Made by a program: the position numbers and the translations under genes. The notes beneath the pieces were generated by a model. It was not told the origin of the DNA. It made no database searches and saw nothing but the letters and a program-made list of their open reading frames with translations. A stretch of 64,000 nucleotides of DNA, from IMG/VR virus record IMGVR_UViG_3300014208_000033, positions 32,001-96,000 of that record, one strand, 5' to 3'. Origin of the DNA: a virus. Shown piece after piece: positions 9,604 to 19,591 of this stretch (its first letter is position 1; every line of letters starts with the position of its first letter).

Positions 9604-11853
9604 ATGATGCGTAACTTACTGTTCTTTCTGTTAGTGATCTGTTTTGTTTCTACTGGTTTCTGTGCAGAGAAGCGACCTGATTATCTCGGTGTTAATAAGA
9701 CTGTGCTGAATGCTCAGTCTGTTCCTCCTGTTATTCTTTCAACTCCTGAGGGTATGCTTTGGTGGGATAGCGGTACTCATTCACTCAAAGGCTGGAACGG
9801 TTCAGCCTGGAAGTTAGGCAGCACCGGAACATTCAGTGATATCGAGTTATCAACCATTAGCGCGGCTGATGGTACTCTCGCTTTAACTCTCAGTAATTCA
9901 ACTGCTCTCGCTACTTTTGCTGGTGTGATTGACGTTAGCGATGTTGAAGCTGCCACCGTTTCCGCCCGCGACGGCACCCTGGCCCTGACCCTGACGAACA
10001 GCACCGGGGTCGTGGCCTTCTCCGCTACGCCCACCGGCACCAACCTGGACTTTTCCGGGACGTTGTACGGGCATACCGTCAAGGCCGACCACATCGCAGA
10101 TGAAGCCGGGACCGGCGGGCCGTCGCTCACCAACGGCGCCACGTTCGCGGGCGACCTCCTGGCGGCGACCGACAACGCTCGGGACATCGGCGTCTCAGGC
10201 ACCGAGTTCAAGACTGCATGGGTGCAGAACCTTGACGACGGGGACGGCACGGTCAGCGTGACGGCCATCCTGGCGCCCGACAGCATCGTGAGCCCCGGCA
10301 GCATCCACGGGCACGCCATCGACTCGACCGGCGACGTAACCGCTTCGGTCAACGTCGTGGCGCTGGGCGAGGTGCGGTCGAACGACTACAAGGACGATAC
10401 CGGCCACGGCGGCATGGTGCTCGACGCCGCTGGTGACGCCACGTTCCACAACAACGTGGCCGTCACGACCATGCTCGACACGCCAGACATCGAGACGGCC
10501 ACCGTGAGCGCCCGTGACGGCACCCTGGCCCTGACCCTGACGAACAGCACCGGCAACGTGGCCTTCTCCGCTACGCCCACCGGCACCAACCTGGACTTTT
10601 CCGGGACGCTGTACGCCCACACTGTGCAGGCCGACCACCTGACGAACGAGGCGGGCAACGGCGCACCGTCGAGTAACTTTAGCGGCGGGACCGGCAACGA
10701 GTTCTGGGGGGATACGGCCGGGTTGTCCTCGACAGCAGTCTACAGTACCGCGCTTGGTGGCTATGCGCTTAGGTCAACGAACGGCGACCACAACACTGCC
10801 GTTGGGCACCAATCCCTCAATGCGTCTGACGGCTCCTACAATTCGGCATTCGGCCGGATGGCACTTGAGTCGTCGCCGGGTAGCAACAACACCGCTGCCG
10901 GCTACTACGCGCTGCGTGACTCCACCGGCAGCGACAACACCTGTTTCGGCGTAAACTCCGGGACATCGGTGGTCGGTTCCAGCAACTCTAGCGTGGGCAG
11001 GTATGCGCTCAACAAGGTGACGGGAAGCGAAAACACCGCCCTGGGCTGGGGGGCCCTTTCGGAGTCAAACGGCAGCTACAACGTGGCGGCCGGCTCAAGT
11101 GCGATGAACACCTCGCCCGGTTCCAACAACGTCTCCATAGGCACGAAGTCCCTTTACTTCGCCGCAGGCAGCAACAACGTAGCCGTCGGGCACAGGGCAC
11201 TGGAGAAGGCCCCCGGGAGTAACAACACGGTCGTCGGGTACCATGTGGCAGAGCCGGCATACCGTACCGTCAACTACCTAGCCGCCCTGGGCTCGATGGC
11301 ACTGGAGGACGTCACCACCGGGGCGAGCAACCTTGCTGCCCTGGGCTACATGGCTGGCCACACCGCTACCAACCAGACCAACCAACTCTACCTCGGCGGC
11401 TGGGATGGCGGCACGCAGTACCCCCTGACGCTCAACTGGGAAACGACTGCCGTGAGCGCGAGCCTCGGTGTGCGTGTGTTCGTGAATCGCACCGAGTACA
11501 TACTTCCGCTGATGAGCACCGCAGGAACGCTTACGACCACGGGGCAGTTCGTCACGCCGAAGAAATCCGACCTCACCATCGCCACCGCTGCGATCACCGT
11601 GACCGGCGCATACCACACGATAGCGGCAGAGGGCGGCGTGGCTGACACGCTGAGCACCATCAACGGCGGCGTGGACGGCTCGCGCGTGCTGCTGCGCGGC
11701 GCGGCGGCGGTGGCTATCACGGTGGACGAGGCGGGGAACATCCTCGTGCCGGGGGCGTCCATCACCATCGACAACACGGGAGATACGGCAGAGTTCATCT
11801 ACTCGGGCGGGATTACCAAGTGGGTCATGATCAGCGCAGCGGATAACAACTAG
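9604..11853 (+). CDS. Signal-peptide-bearing fibre/adhesin with YadA-like head repeats
   Basis: MMRNLLFFLLVICFVSTGFCA; GSxNTAxG repeats; duplicated TVSARDGTLALTLTNSTG unit. Confidence 0.65.
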   Translation: MMRNLLFFLLVICFVSTGFCAEKRPDYLGVNKTVLNAQSVPPVILSTPEGMLWWDSGTHSLKGWNGSAWKLGSTGTFSDIELSTISAADGTLALTLSNSTALATFAGVIDVSDVEAATVSARDGTLALTLTNSTGVVAFSATPTGTNLDFSGTLYGHTVKADHIADEAGTGGPSLTNGATFAGDLLAATDNARDIGVSGTEFKTAWVQNLDDGDGTVSVTAILAPDSIVSPGSIHGHAIDSTGDVTASVNVVALGEVRSNDYKDDTGHGGMVLDAAGDATFHNNVAVTTMLDTPDIETATVSARDGTLALTLTNSTGNVAFSATPTGTNLDFSGTLYAHTVQADHLTNEAGNGAPSSNFSGGTGNEFWGDTAGLSSTAVYSTALGGYALRSTNGDHNTAVGHQSLNASDGSYNSAFGRMALESSPGSNNTAAGYYALRDSTGSDNTCFGVNSGTSVVGSSNSSVGRYALNKVTGSENTALGWGALSESNGSYNVAAGSSAMNTSPGSNNVSIGTKSLYFAAGSNNVAVGHRALEKAPGSNNTVVGYHVAEPAYRTVNYLAALGSMALEDVTTGASNLAALGYMAGHTATNQTNQLYLGGWDGGTQYPLTLNWETTAVSASLGVRVFVNRTEYILPLMSTAGTLTTTGQFVTPKKSDLTIATAAITVTGAYHTIAAEGGVADTLSTINGGVDGSRVLLRGAAAVAITVDEAGNILVPGASITIDNTGDTAEFIYSGGITKWVMISAADNN
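9952..10620 (+). repeat. ~120-bp intragenic direct repeat (about 9952-10075 and 10498-10620)
   Basis: Near-identical GACGGCACCCTGGCCCTGACCCTGACGAACAGCACCGG...GGACTTTTCCGGGACG in both copies. Confidence 0.85.
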
Positions 11854-11974
11854 CCCCCAACGAGGGGAACGCATCTGTAAGATCGTAACGGATGACCGTT
11901 GCTGAGATTACGAATTTTCGGAATGTGGTAAGAAATGGGAACACATTAAAAGCGTAACTGATAAGGAGATCAAA

Positions 11975-12079
11975 ATGAGTGTTGTTGATCATGGCTCGCA
12001 GGGTATCGTGAAGTTCGTTGTGGTCGTGTTGGCTGTTATGGCTTGTCTCTATTTCTACTTCGGCTATCTTCCTAAGTAG
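11975..12079 (+). CDS. 34-aa single-pass membrane peptide (not in the ORF track)
   Basis: RBS AAGGAG; MSVVDHGSQGIVKFVVVVLAVMACLYFYFGYLPK. Confidence 0.6.
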   Translation: MSVVDHGSQGIVKFVVVVLAVMACLYFYFGYLPK

Positions 12080-12097
12080 TTAGTAGAACATTAAACA

Positions 12098-12127
12098 TCT
12101 CCCGGTAGGACTAACACTACCGGGAGA
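12098..12127 (+). other. Intergenic hairpin
   Basis: TCTCCCGGTAG...CTACCGGGAGA, 11-bp stem. Confidence 0.5.
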
Positions 12128-12146
12128 AGTAGAAAGGTAAAAGGAG

Positions 12147-12515
12147 ATGATAGACCAAGAAGTAATTAGTCTAATAAACACTTTCATGAATAGATTAGAA
12201 AAAATGAATGATCGATTTGCAGAAGATGATAAAGTGATGGCTGAAAAAATAGCTGATATTAGTAAGAACTCAGCTTTAACTGCACAAGCTCTTGCTGTTA
12301 TGCAGACAACTCATGTTAGTTGCATGGCGTTAAGAGAAAAAGAAGCTATCGCTAAAGCAGCGGCAGAAAAAGATAAAGCTGAAGAAGATAAGAAGAATAC
12401 TGACTTCAGAGAGAAACATGAATTGTATGGATCATTGAAAATGAAGTTTGTGAACATTGCTGGTTCACTTGTTCTTATGGTTATTGGTGCGCTACTTGGA
12501 AAGTATCTTGGATGA
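12147..12515 (+). CDS. Coiled-coil protein with C-terminal TM helix (XhlA/holin-like)
   Basis: RBS AAGGAG; hydrophobic C-terminus; start of the lysis region. Confidence 0.45.
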   Translation: MIDQEVISLINTFMNRLEKMNDRFAEDDKVMAEKIADISKNSALTAQALAVMQTTHVSCMALREKEAIAKAAAEKDKAEEDKKNTDFREKHELYGSLKMKFVNIAGSLVLMVIGALLGKYLG

Positions 12516-13375
12516 TAGAAGAAAAAGCACCCTCACTTGACCAAATGATTGATGGTCTTGATAAGACAAAAGAACTACATGAGTCCATCGAGAAACGACC
12601 TGTCCACTTTGAGATTTACGAAAAATCGGAACAGGCTATATGGATTTTCTTATCTGACTTACACCTTGGCGCAAGAGGGGTGGATTACAAATACTTCAAG
12701 TCGATAGTAACTCTCTTGCGGAAGAACCTTAATATTAAGGTAGCTATGGTTGGAGACTTGTATGATAACTTCCTTCATTTCGTGTCTTTACGAGGAGCTA
12801 ATGACTCTGTTGCCCCTCCTTCAGTTCAGATAGATATGATAATGTCTTTTCTTGAGGAACTTGATGCTAGAGATCAGCTTCGTATAGTTGGTCTTGGTAA
12901 TCATGATTTGATCCGAGAAGAAAAAGCAGTTGGGTATTCAGTCATAAAGAAGATATCAGATTCATCGATTAGATCGAAGATACTTGAGGGTAAAGGCAGA
13001 ATAGCTCTTTCAGTTGGTAAAGATAAGAAGTCTGCTGAGTTGTATCAGATCATCATGACTCATCAAGCTGCTGGTCATTCGATTTATAACCCAGTTCATG
13101 GCGCGATGAGAATTGCTAGAATGGAAGGGCACCCTGACGTAGTAGTTACTGCCCATACTCATAATCCAGCTATGATGATCTACAAAGAAGCTGGTAAAGA
13201 TATCATAGCCATTAAGTGCGGAACGTTCAAGACTAAAGACGCCTACTCTGAGTATTTCTATTGTAACGGTAAGATCGGCATACCGTGCATTGTGTTCTGT
13301 TCACATGAGCATAAGATGATACCGTTTGGAAACCCCGAAGACTTATTGGTTTATATGAGGGGAATGAAGAAATGA
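12512..13375 (+). CDS. Calcineurin-like metallophosphoesterase
   Basis: DLHLG, GDLYD, GNHD, AHTH motifs. Confidence 0.85.
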   Translation: MIEEKAPSLDQMIDGLDKTKELHESIEKRPVHFEIYEKSEQAIWIFLSDLHLGARGVDYKYFKSIVTLLRKNLNIKVAMVGDLYDNFLHFVSLRGANDSVAPPSVQIDMIMSFLEELDARDQLRIVGLGNHDLIREEKAVGYSVIKKISDSSIRSKILEGKGRIALSVGKDKKSAELYQIIMTHQAAGHSIYNPVHGAMRIARMEGHPDVVVTAHTHNPAMMIYKEAGKDIIAIKCGTFKTKDAYSEYFYCNGKIGIPCIVFCSHEHKMIPFGNPEDLLVYMRGMKK

Positions 13376-13866
13376 AATTCATGGAGATCAAGGAGATTGA
13401 AGAAACTTACGGTAAAATCGAATATGATAATCTTGATGGTGGTTGGGTTAGAATAACTAACTCATTTGAGAAGCTTAACATCATCAGGAAAGACTTCCCG
13501 TTGGTTGGTAAGAAAGCAGTTCATAAACTGATAGTTCCTGCATTGAACAAAGCGTTGCATGTCATAGAGCGAAGTTCGATGTTCGATACTAACTTTGAGT
13601 ACATCGTAGATTTCCAGACATTCGCTCCTAGACATGTGATGAATAACCCTAAAGCTAGATTATCCTGCCACTCATACGGTATAGCCTTTGATATCAACCC
13701 TAGCGAAAATATGCCGGGGGTGAAAGACTATAAGATACCTAAAGTCATCGTAGATACATTTGAGAATGTTGGGTTCATATGGGGTGGCAGAATGAAAATA
13801 AAAGACTGGATGCATTTTGAGGTGTCCAGAGAGTTCATTGATTTTGCTGAACGTTGGAAAGGCTGA
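13372..13866 (+). CDS. Endolysin, M15 family zinc peptidase
   Basis: SCHSYGIAFDINP and WGG...DWMHFE motifs. Confidence 0.85.
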   Translation: MKFMEIKEIEETYGKIEYDNLDGGWVRITNSFEKLNIIRKDFPLVGKKAVHKLIVPALNKALHVIERSSMFDTNFEYIVDFQTFAPRHVMNNPKARLSCHSYGIAFDINPSENMPGVKDYKIPKVIVDTFENVGFIWGGRMKIKDWMHFEVSREFIDFAERWKG

Positions 13867-13870
13867 TTTA

Positions 13871-14188
13871 ATGGGCTTCCGTGATATCTACGTTCAGTTC
13901 ATGGAAGAGAAACGAAAAAAGACTGAGATAGCTAAGAAGAAGAATCAAGAGAACACATTAGAAAAGATACGCAATGAAAGTAATACCAAAAAGAAGGAGG
14001 ATCAAAACAAGAGGTTAGAGAAAAGTAGAGGAACGGGTAAACAGAAAAAGAAGAAGCGAAAGATGATCGAGTGCTTTGAGTGTGGTGGCTCTGGTGTTGG
14101 TGACAACGAAGTGATCTGTCAAGAATGTGGCGGGTCTGGTCTGAACAAAGAAAGGGTTGAAGAAAATGGATTGGCAGAAAATCGCTGA
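13871..14188 (+). CDS. Basic protein with DnaJ-type zinc finger
   Basis: CFECGGSG...CQECGGSG. Confidence 0.6.
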   Translation: MGFRDIYVQFMEEKRKKTEIAKKKNQENTLEKIRNESNTKKKEDQNKRLEKSRGTGKQKKKKRKMIECFECGGSGVGDNEVICQECGGSGLNKERVEENGLAENR

Positions 14189-14636
14189 GTATTTTCTCCC
14201 GGCGCTTCTGGCACTTGTGTATACTCTTGCTGCCAAGTATGCTAGTGGTGCTGTTGGCAATTTACTTGAGAAGGTTGTTGAGCTTCTGATTAGCGCAAAG
14301 ATGAAGGTTAATGAGAACAAAGTCCTTGCGTTCACGAAGTTCGATGATTATATCTTCGATAAGATTAGTTCAGTGGTGCTCGCGGTGAAAGACTCTTATG
14401 TTGACGATATCAAGGCGGCTTCGGCTGATGGGAAACTCACTGAGGTCGAGGCTAAGGCAATTACTGAGAAAGCCATTGAGATGTTCAAGGCGTCACTCAC
14501 TAAGGACGAGTTGAAGAATCTCCAGAGTGTTGTCGGTGACGATATCAAGGCTTATCTCGCTAGCAAAATTCCTCAGGTGTACTCACAGGTTAAGTCGGCT
14601 ATGAAGGCTGATGTTCCTGTGGTCCCTCAGGCGTAG
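14166..14636 (+). CDS. Putative holin (N-terminal TM helix)
   Basis: Hydrophobic N-terminus, SADGKLT motif, downstream of the endolysin. Confidence 0.5.
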   Translation: MDWQKIAEYFLPALLALVYTLAAKYASGAVGNLLEKVVELLISAKMKVNENKVLAFTKFDDYIFDKISSVVLAVKDSYVDDIKAASADGKLTEVEAKAITEKAIEMFKASLTKDELKNLQSVVGDDIKAYLASKIPQVYSQVKSAMKADVPVVPQA

Positions 14637-14662
14637 CAACGGTTGGGGGCGCCGCGTTACAA

Positions 14663-14971
14663 GTGGCGGCTGCTGTTGCTACTACAGCCCTTGAGGATAG
14701 AGACTTAGTAGGTGAGTTCAAAAATAGGTTATCTACTAAAACTGCTGAGTATAGGCAGAACATCAAAACTGGAAAAGGTATGACCGGAGCTATCATTGAT
14801 GCTGCAACTGGTATCCCTGCTTCGATAGGTAAAGTCAGGTCAGCCCCGAAGAAGCACAGACCCTTAGTTGCCTTACGCGAGGCTGGTAGACTTTACGGGA
14901 GAATTCAGTTAGGCCCTTTGTGGTTTTTAGGTGAAGCGATTACTAAAGCTCTCAGAAAAAAACGTCGGTAA
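14663..14971 (+). CDS. Hypothetical protein
   Basis: Last ORF before the convergent terminator. Confidence 0.4.
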   Translation: MAAAVATTALEDRDLVGEFKNRLSTKTAEYRQNIKTGKGMTGAIIDAATGIPASIGKVRSAPKKHRPLVALREAGRLYGRIQLGPLWFLGEAITKALRKKRR

Positions 14972-14977
14972 AAAATT

Positions 14978-15013
14978 AACCCCCCAGGCCATTCGGCTGC
15001 CTGGGGGGTTTTT
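14978..15013. terminator. Bidirectional intrinsic terminator between convergent modules
   Basis: AACCCCCCAGGC...GCCTGGGGGGTT flanked by A and T tracts. Confidence 0.85.
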
Positions 15014-15014
15014 C

Positions 15015-15272
15015 TTACGTCTTACGCTCTTTGTCATATTCTCTTATGACGAGCATCATTCTCTTACCGCACTTGGTACAGTCCTTACGCTCTATCTTCG
15101 TCATAAGAGTATCTAGGCTTTCCTTGAGGCTACGCACCTTACACTTACGGCACACATGAAAGTAGTCTATGACGTAGCGCCGCTTGGTGATGTTTTTACG
15201 AATTTTCGGAGCGGCTGAAAGTGATGGAACAGTCTCAAACTTGGTGCGCTTCGTGAGTTTGTTCTTCTTCAA
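15015..15272 (-). CDS. Small basic zinc-ribbon protein
   Basis: CRKC...CTKC. Confidence 0.45.
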   Translation of the reverse strand: MKKNKLTKRTKFETVPSLSAAPKIRKNITKRRYVIDYFHVCRKCKVRSLKESLDTLMTKIERKDCTKCGKRMMLVIREYDKERKT

Positions 15273-16588
15273 GTAGTTGCCGCCTTAGCCATGAGCATTC
15301 CAGTTACAGCAGCAGAAACTATTGACCCCGAAAGTCCAGCACCGTCACCGATGAAGTAATACCCCTTAGCGATCTTCGATTCAAAGTTCTTATCAACGTC
15401 GAGCTTAAGAGCCTGGAATTTGATCTCAGGTCCGTAGAGTAAAGTGTTGTTACCATCGTTAATCCCAGGAGCAAGATGATCAAGACGAGAGAGGTAATCT
15501 TCGATAGCTGACGTGATGGGATGATGAAACCCTAAGTGAATATCTCCAGGTATGCAGTTCTTGAAAGTGCGCTTCACATTTGAGAGATTCAACCTGTAAG
15601 TGTTAGTCCTCTTACGGTTACGGAAATCCTCTAACCTCTGCACGATTGGAGAGCCACCACCAAGGATATCAAACAGCTTCGCAATACCCTTTGCGTATTC
15701 GGTCGTGTTACTGCATGGCTTAGTAAGAGCCATCTTTACAAGAATAGCGAAATTACAGTTCTTGCTTTTCTTGTTAGCACAAGCATGACCGTTGACAAGA
15801 TTGAATCCATCGTGACGTTCGTTAACAACAAAACCGAGAGGATTAACACAATAAGACCTGACGTTATAATCACCGTACTGAGATGAAATCTTGAAGCAGT
15901 ATTGGATATCAGTAAGTGGTTTGGTGATTTCATCAAGAGTCTCTAACCTGATTCCCATGTCAATAGGTCGATGAGTGCCAGTAACAAGATTATCGCATAT
16001 TGCATAATCAATAGTCTTGAAACCGCACCGACCAACAGCATAGACTGTTTTCTTAGCGAATTCTCTAGTTTGAGTACACAATGAATTGTTGTTAAATAAC
16101 ATAGTAACACCAAGAGACTTCAACTCTTCTTCAGCGTTCTTCATGGTGTTGACCATCTTATCAGAACCAATGTGCATCTCATTGAACGTCGTGAGCTTCA
16201 TCCCATACTTCAAGCAGTTATACGCAAGAGTTTCCTTGGCTTGGGATGACTCAACGATTGGAGTTACACCAGACCATTCAATGAATTGGCGCTTCACTTC
16301 TGAGATACATTCGTTGATCGTTTTCTCATCAGCGTATTCGTAAAGGTCACAGCCACTCTGTGCTGAGAAGATAAGTTTACCGTCTGACTTACCACCAGCA
16401 CCACCGAACCCGCTCAAGATGTTACAAGGGTTACACTTACATTCAGAATTTTCTGAACCCTTGTGGCAGATACGCTTATCGATTGGATTACCCTTGTCGA
16501 TGATTATGACTGACTTACCGGCTCTTGCTAAGTGTAATGCAGCAAAGATACCAGCAGGACCAGCACCAACGATACAATAGTCTTTCAT
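15269..16588 (-). CDS. FAD-dependent oxidoreductase (uncharacterised family, COG2509-like)
   Basis: IVGAGPAG Rossmann motif, GFGGAG..SDGK, C-terminal FIGDGAG. Confidence 0.85.
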   Translation of the reverse strand: MKDYCIVGAGPAGIFAALHLARAGKSVIIIDKGNPIDKRICHKGSENSECKCNPCNILSGFGGAGGKSDGKLIFSAQSGCDLYEYADEKTINECISEVKRQFIEWSGVTPIVESSQAKETLAYNCLKYGMKLTTFNEMHIGSDKMVNTMKNAEEELKSLGVTMLFNNNSLCTQTREFAKKTVYAVGRCGFKTIDYAICDNLVTGTHRPIDMGIRLETLDEITKPLTDIQYCFKISSQYGDYNVRSYCVNPLGFVVNERHDGFNLVNGHACANKKSKNCNFAILVKMALTKPCSNTTEYAKGIAKLFDILGGGSPIVQRLEDFRNRKRTNTYRLNLSNVKRTFKNCIPGDIHLGFHHPITSAIEDYLSRLDHLAPGINDGNNTLLYGPEIKFQALKLDVDKNFESKIAKGYYFIGDGAGLSGSIVSAAVTGMLMAKAATT

Positions 16589-16991
16589 TGTTTAATCGCA
16601 ATCTTCAGTAATTACTAATTGGTATTTGAAACCATGTTCTCTACAGATTTTTACTATCTGAGAGATTTTGTAATCCTTCGTTTGTATCTTCCTTAAGTTG
16701 AACTTGTTTATATCCTCACTGAAGTCTAACTTCATTTTCTCAATCCAATACTCATCGGTACTCTCGGCTTCCTCTTGTAATTTCTTGAATGACTTGTAAT
16801 CGAATTTCTTTTTCATCAGTATTCATACCACCAGTCTTTACCTTTTAGGATGCCTTTAAGGAAAGCAACTTGTTCTTCCAGTGTCTTAAAGTTTCCAATC
16901 AATTCACGAACTTGATTTCTGAACTCATCAACGAACGGGAAGTTTCTATTTGATGGAGAATTGGCTTCTGCAATCTGATCTATCAACTCTT

Positions 16992-17822
16992 TCATTTGCT
17001 TCCATCACATGTCTGTCTCGGGAACAACTCAGGGTATTTCTTCTTCATCTTTATGTTAGCGTTTCGCCAGTAATCCTCGGCGTTATTCGGCAAGTCATTA
17101 GCAGTAACATGCTTTGTGTGCCATATGAAATTACTCTGATCTATCCAGACACCATAACCCTTCTCACCAGCCCGATAACAATAGTCGATATCTTCACCTG
17201 AGAGTGGGAACTCTTTGTCATCGAGTAACCCAACCTCTTTCAGACAATCGTTGCTGATGAACATAGCAAATCCTGTAATCCATAACACCCTACGAGGGAT
17301 TACTTTGTTCATTCCCCACGAATACCCAAAGCACTCCTGCATAGCCGTTCGTGTCTGCATCTTCGTGAGGTCTTTAGCGTCACAGATATGTGTCTGCTGC
17401 AAGCCAGCAGCCCGATTAGTCATCGGCCCAACTATCCCAACCTTTGCGTATCGCTTGATGATGTTATACTGCTTGACGATCTTGGTTAAGAAGTGGTCAT
17501 GAACAATTACGTCGTTGTTCAGTAACAACACATCTTCGTTAGTAACTTCTTTGAGAACTTTGTTATTACCCTTAGCGAACATCAAGTTCTCTTCGCTACG
17601 GATAACCTCTACATTATACTGACGAGGTGGCATGTCAGTCAACTTAGTGTTGTAAGTGAACTTCTCTTTTGAACCGTTGTCAAGAATACTGAGTTGAACT
17701 TTGTTGTAGTACAAAGTGTTCTTGAGAAGTTCGTTGATAGCGAAGTGAAGTGAGTATAACATCTTGTCTGTATCTTCAAAGTGGTTGCAGACAAGAGTAA
17801 TGATTTTGAGTCTGTTTGACAT
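16992..17822 (-). CDS. Glycosyltransferase family 2
   Basis: DNGS, LLLNNDV, EDIDYCYRA motifs. Confidence 0.9.
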   Translation of the reverse strand: MSNRLKIITLVCNHFEDTDKMLYSLHFAINELLKNTLYYNKVQLSILDNGSKEKFTYNTKLTDMPPRQYNVEVIRSEENLMFAKGNNKVLKEVTNEDVLLLNNDVIVHDHFLTKIVKQYNIIKRYAKVGIVGPMTNRAAGLQQTHICDAKDLTKMQTRTAMQECFGYSWGMNKVIPRRVLWITGFAMFISNDCLKEVGLLDDKEFPLSGEDIDYCYRAGEKGYGVWIDQSNFIWHTKHVTANDLPNNAEDYWRNANIKMKKKYPELFPRQTCDGSK

Positions 17823-17829
17823 GTTTTCC

Positions 17830-18723
17830 TTAGAGTAAAAAGTCGAATGAGAGTATAATGGACAGAACTTTCTTTACTGTGTTGATTGTAATCTCTTCAA
17901 TTGGAAGAAGGATATTCTTCTTTATGTTCTGCAACTGCTTAGGAAACCAAGCTTCAATTGGATTAGCGTTTTCCCATGTCTTATCGAATAGAAACACCGT
18001 AGGTGTCTTAGACAAGAAACCGATGTTCTTGAGTCCGTTATCGAAACAGAAGAAAATCTTAGCTTTGTCAATGATGGAGTTAACTTCAATTAGAGAAGTC
18101 TGACCACAAAGATTGATGAGTCTAAAACTCTTGAAGTTAAGTTTATCAAACTCTTCCTTCTTACCACCTAAGAAGAGTATTGGTAAGTCCGTTTCATGAA
18201 GAAGAATATTGATCAAGAGTTTGAACTTATCCTTTGACTTCTCATGTTGAAAACTCTTGTTAGAGTTACCAGTGAGTGATACACAAATATACTCTTTGAA
18301 TGGAAGATCAATTTCCTGAGTCTTAAGATGAATTGAAGTGTAGTCTATAGGATCATTGAGCTTAAGTACATTATCAGCATCATGAATCTTTAACTCGTAT
18401 TCGTCCTTGTAAACATGATTAAGTATCATGTCAGGTAAACGGTTAAAGAAATGGACACACTGTTCTTTCATCTTATCTGTGATGATGTTCTTGTTATTTG
18501 AAACGTCATCAAAGTCAATCTTGAGAATTCGTTGAACTTTGTGATTCAGACCAAGGATGAGATCAGTAAGTTCAAGAACCTTCTTAGGCTGTAACGGGCC
18601 TGAGTAGATTAAGTTCACCCCATCAAAAGTTGGGAACTCTTGATTGAGATATTGTTTCATTATCGGGAACAGTATGAGGAGATCGCCTACTGCCCCTCGC
18701 ATCCACACTATAGGATTATTCAT
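17830..18723 (-). CDS. Glycosyltransferase family 9 (heptosyltransferase-like)
   Basis: GAVGDLL, NLCGQTSL, FDNGLKNI..KTPTVFLF. Confidence 0.8.
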   Translation of the reverse strand: MNNPIVWMRGAVGDLLILFPIMKQYLNQEFPTFDGVNLIYSGPLQPKKVLELTDLILGLNHKVQRILKIDFDDVSNNKNIITDKMKEQCVHFFNRLPDMILNHVYKDEYELKIHDADNVLKLNDPIDYTSIHLKTQEIDLPFKEYICVSLTGNSNKSFQHEKSKDKFKLLINILLHETDLPILFLGGKKEEFDKLNFKSFRLINLCGQTSLIEVNSIIDKAKIFFCFDNGLKNIGFLSKTPTVFLFDKTWENANPIEAWFPKQLQNIKKNILLPIEEITINTVKKVLSIILSFDFLL

Positions 18724-19591
18724 GATCTAGAATATGTGTGTTATAAAACGACGATAAGAACATTTCATCATCATGATATCTATCAGAAACTTCACAGAAA
18801 GAAGCAGAAGGTGTATCAATAATTCTAGGTGCTTCAGAAGGGTGATACTTCCAAGGTTCTTTTGAATTCGACATAACATAAGTCTTATACCACTGGAAAT
18901 ACCAATCAAGGTACTTAGAATAAGTCGGATGATCTTTTCGGATCTCACTGAAGAACAATGACTTCAAAAACACCTGATTATCATCAACGTAGCAGAAATG
19001 ATCACAAAGAGGATGACCAATGATAGAAGCAGGACGTGAGTATTGCTCTTTCTCATTACCAATAGCGGGAGGTCGATGATCTAAGAAATTCCAATTCTCG
19101 TTAACCTTGAAAATCCTAGCAGGGTGATCTTCCCAAACCCCACCGTAAAGCCTCTTGTAATTAATCCAATACTTATTCTGCTTGATTGGAGCGATGTTAG
19201 GCTGAACAGCCTTAACCATCTGCTTGATCTCTAACATCGCTTCATCGGTGTACCACTCGTCTGCATCAATCTGCATGAGGTAATCCATGCCATCATAAGC
19301 AGCTTCAGCATATGCAGCTTGACACATCTCAAGCTTCTCTGAGAAGTACCCTTCGGTTAATTGCATAATAGTGCATGTTCCACCTTCAAGATTTTTGTAT
19401 GGCATAGTCTTAGGTTCAGTGTACTTAACCGGGACGACTATACCAAAATGATCATGAAGTGCTTTAATCTGAGGCTCAACAAATCCATAGACGACATACC
19501 ACTTATCAAAGTGTTTATGAAGGCGATTGTAATTTCTTGTGAACCACTCTATCGTAGCTGGATACACAAGTGAGAAAGCTGAGAACTTCAT
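18716..19591 (-). CDS. GT-A fold glycosyltransferase
   Basis: DYLMQIDADEW (DxD) and later RIF...H motifs. Confidence 0.7.
   Translation of the reverse strand: MKFSAFSLVYPATIEWFTRNYNRLHKHFDKWYVVYGFVEPQIKALHDHFGIVVPVKYTEPKTMPYKNLEGGTCTIMQLTEGYFSEKLEMCQAAYAEAAYDGMDYLMQIDADEWYTDEAMLEIKQMVKAVQPNIAPIKQNKYWINYKRLYGGVWEDHPARIFKVNENWNFLDHRPPAIGNEKEQYSRPASIIGHPLCDHFCYVDDNQVFLKSLFFSEIRKDHPTYSKYLDWYFQWYKTYVMSNSKEPWKYHPSEAPRIIDTPSASFCEVSDRYHDDEMFLSSFYNTHILDHE

Noticed and set aside
9952-10620. Diversity-generating retroelement TR/VR pair
   Set aside because: Both copies are in frame within one gene, the differences are mostly not at adenines, and there is no reverse transcriptase in the window
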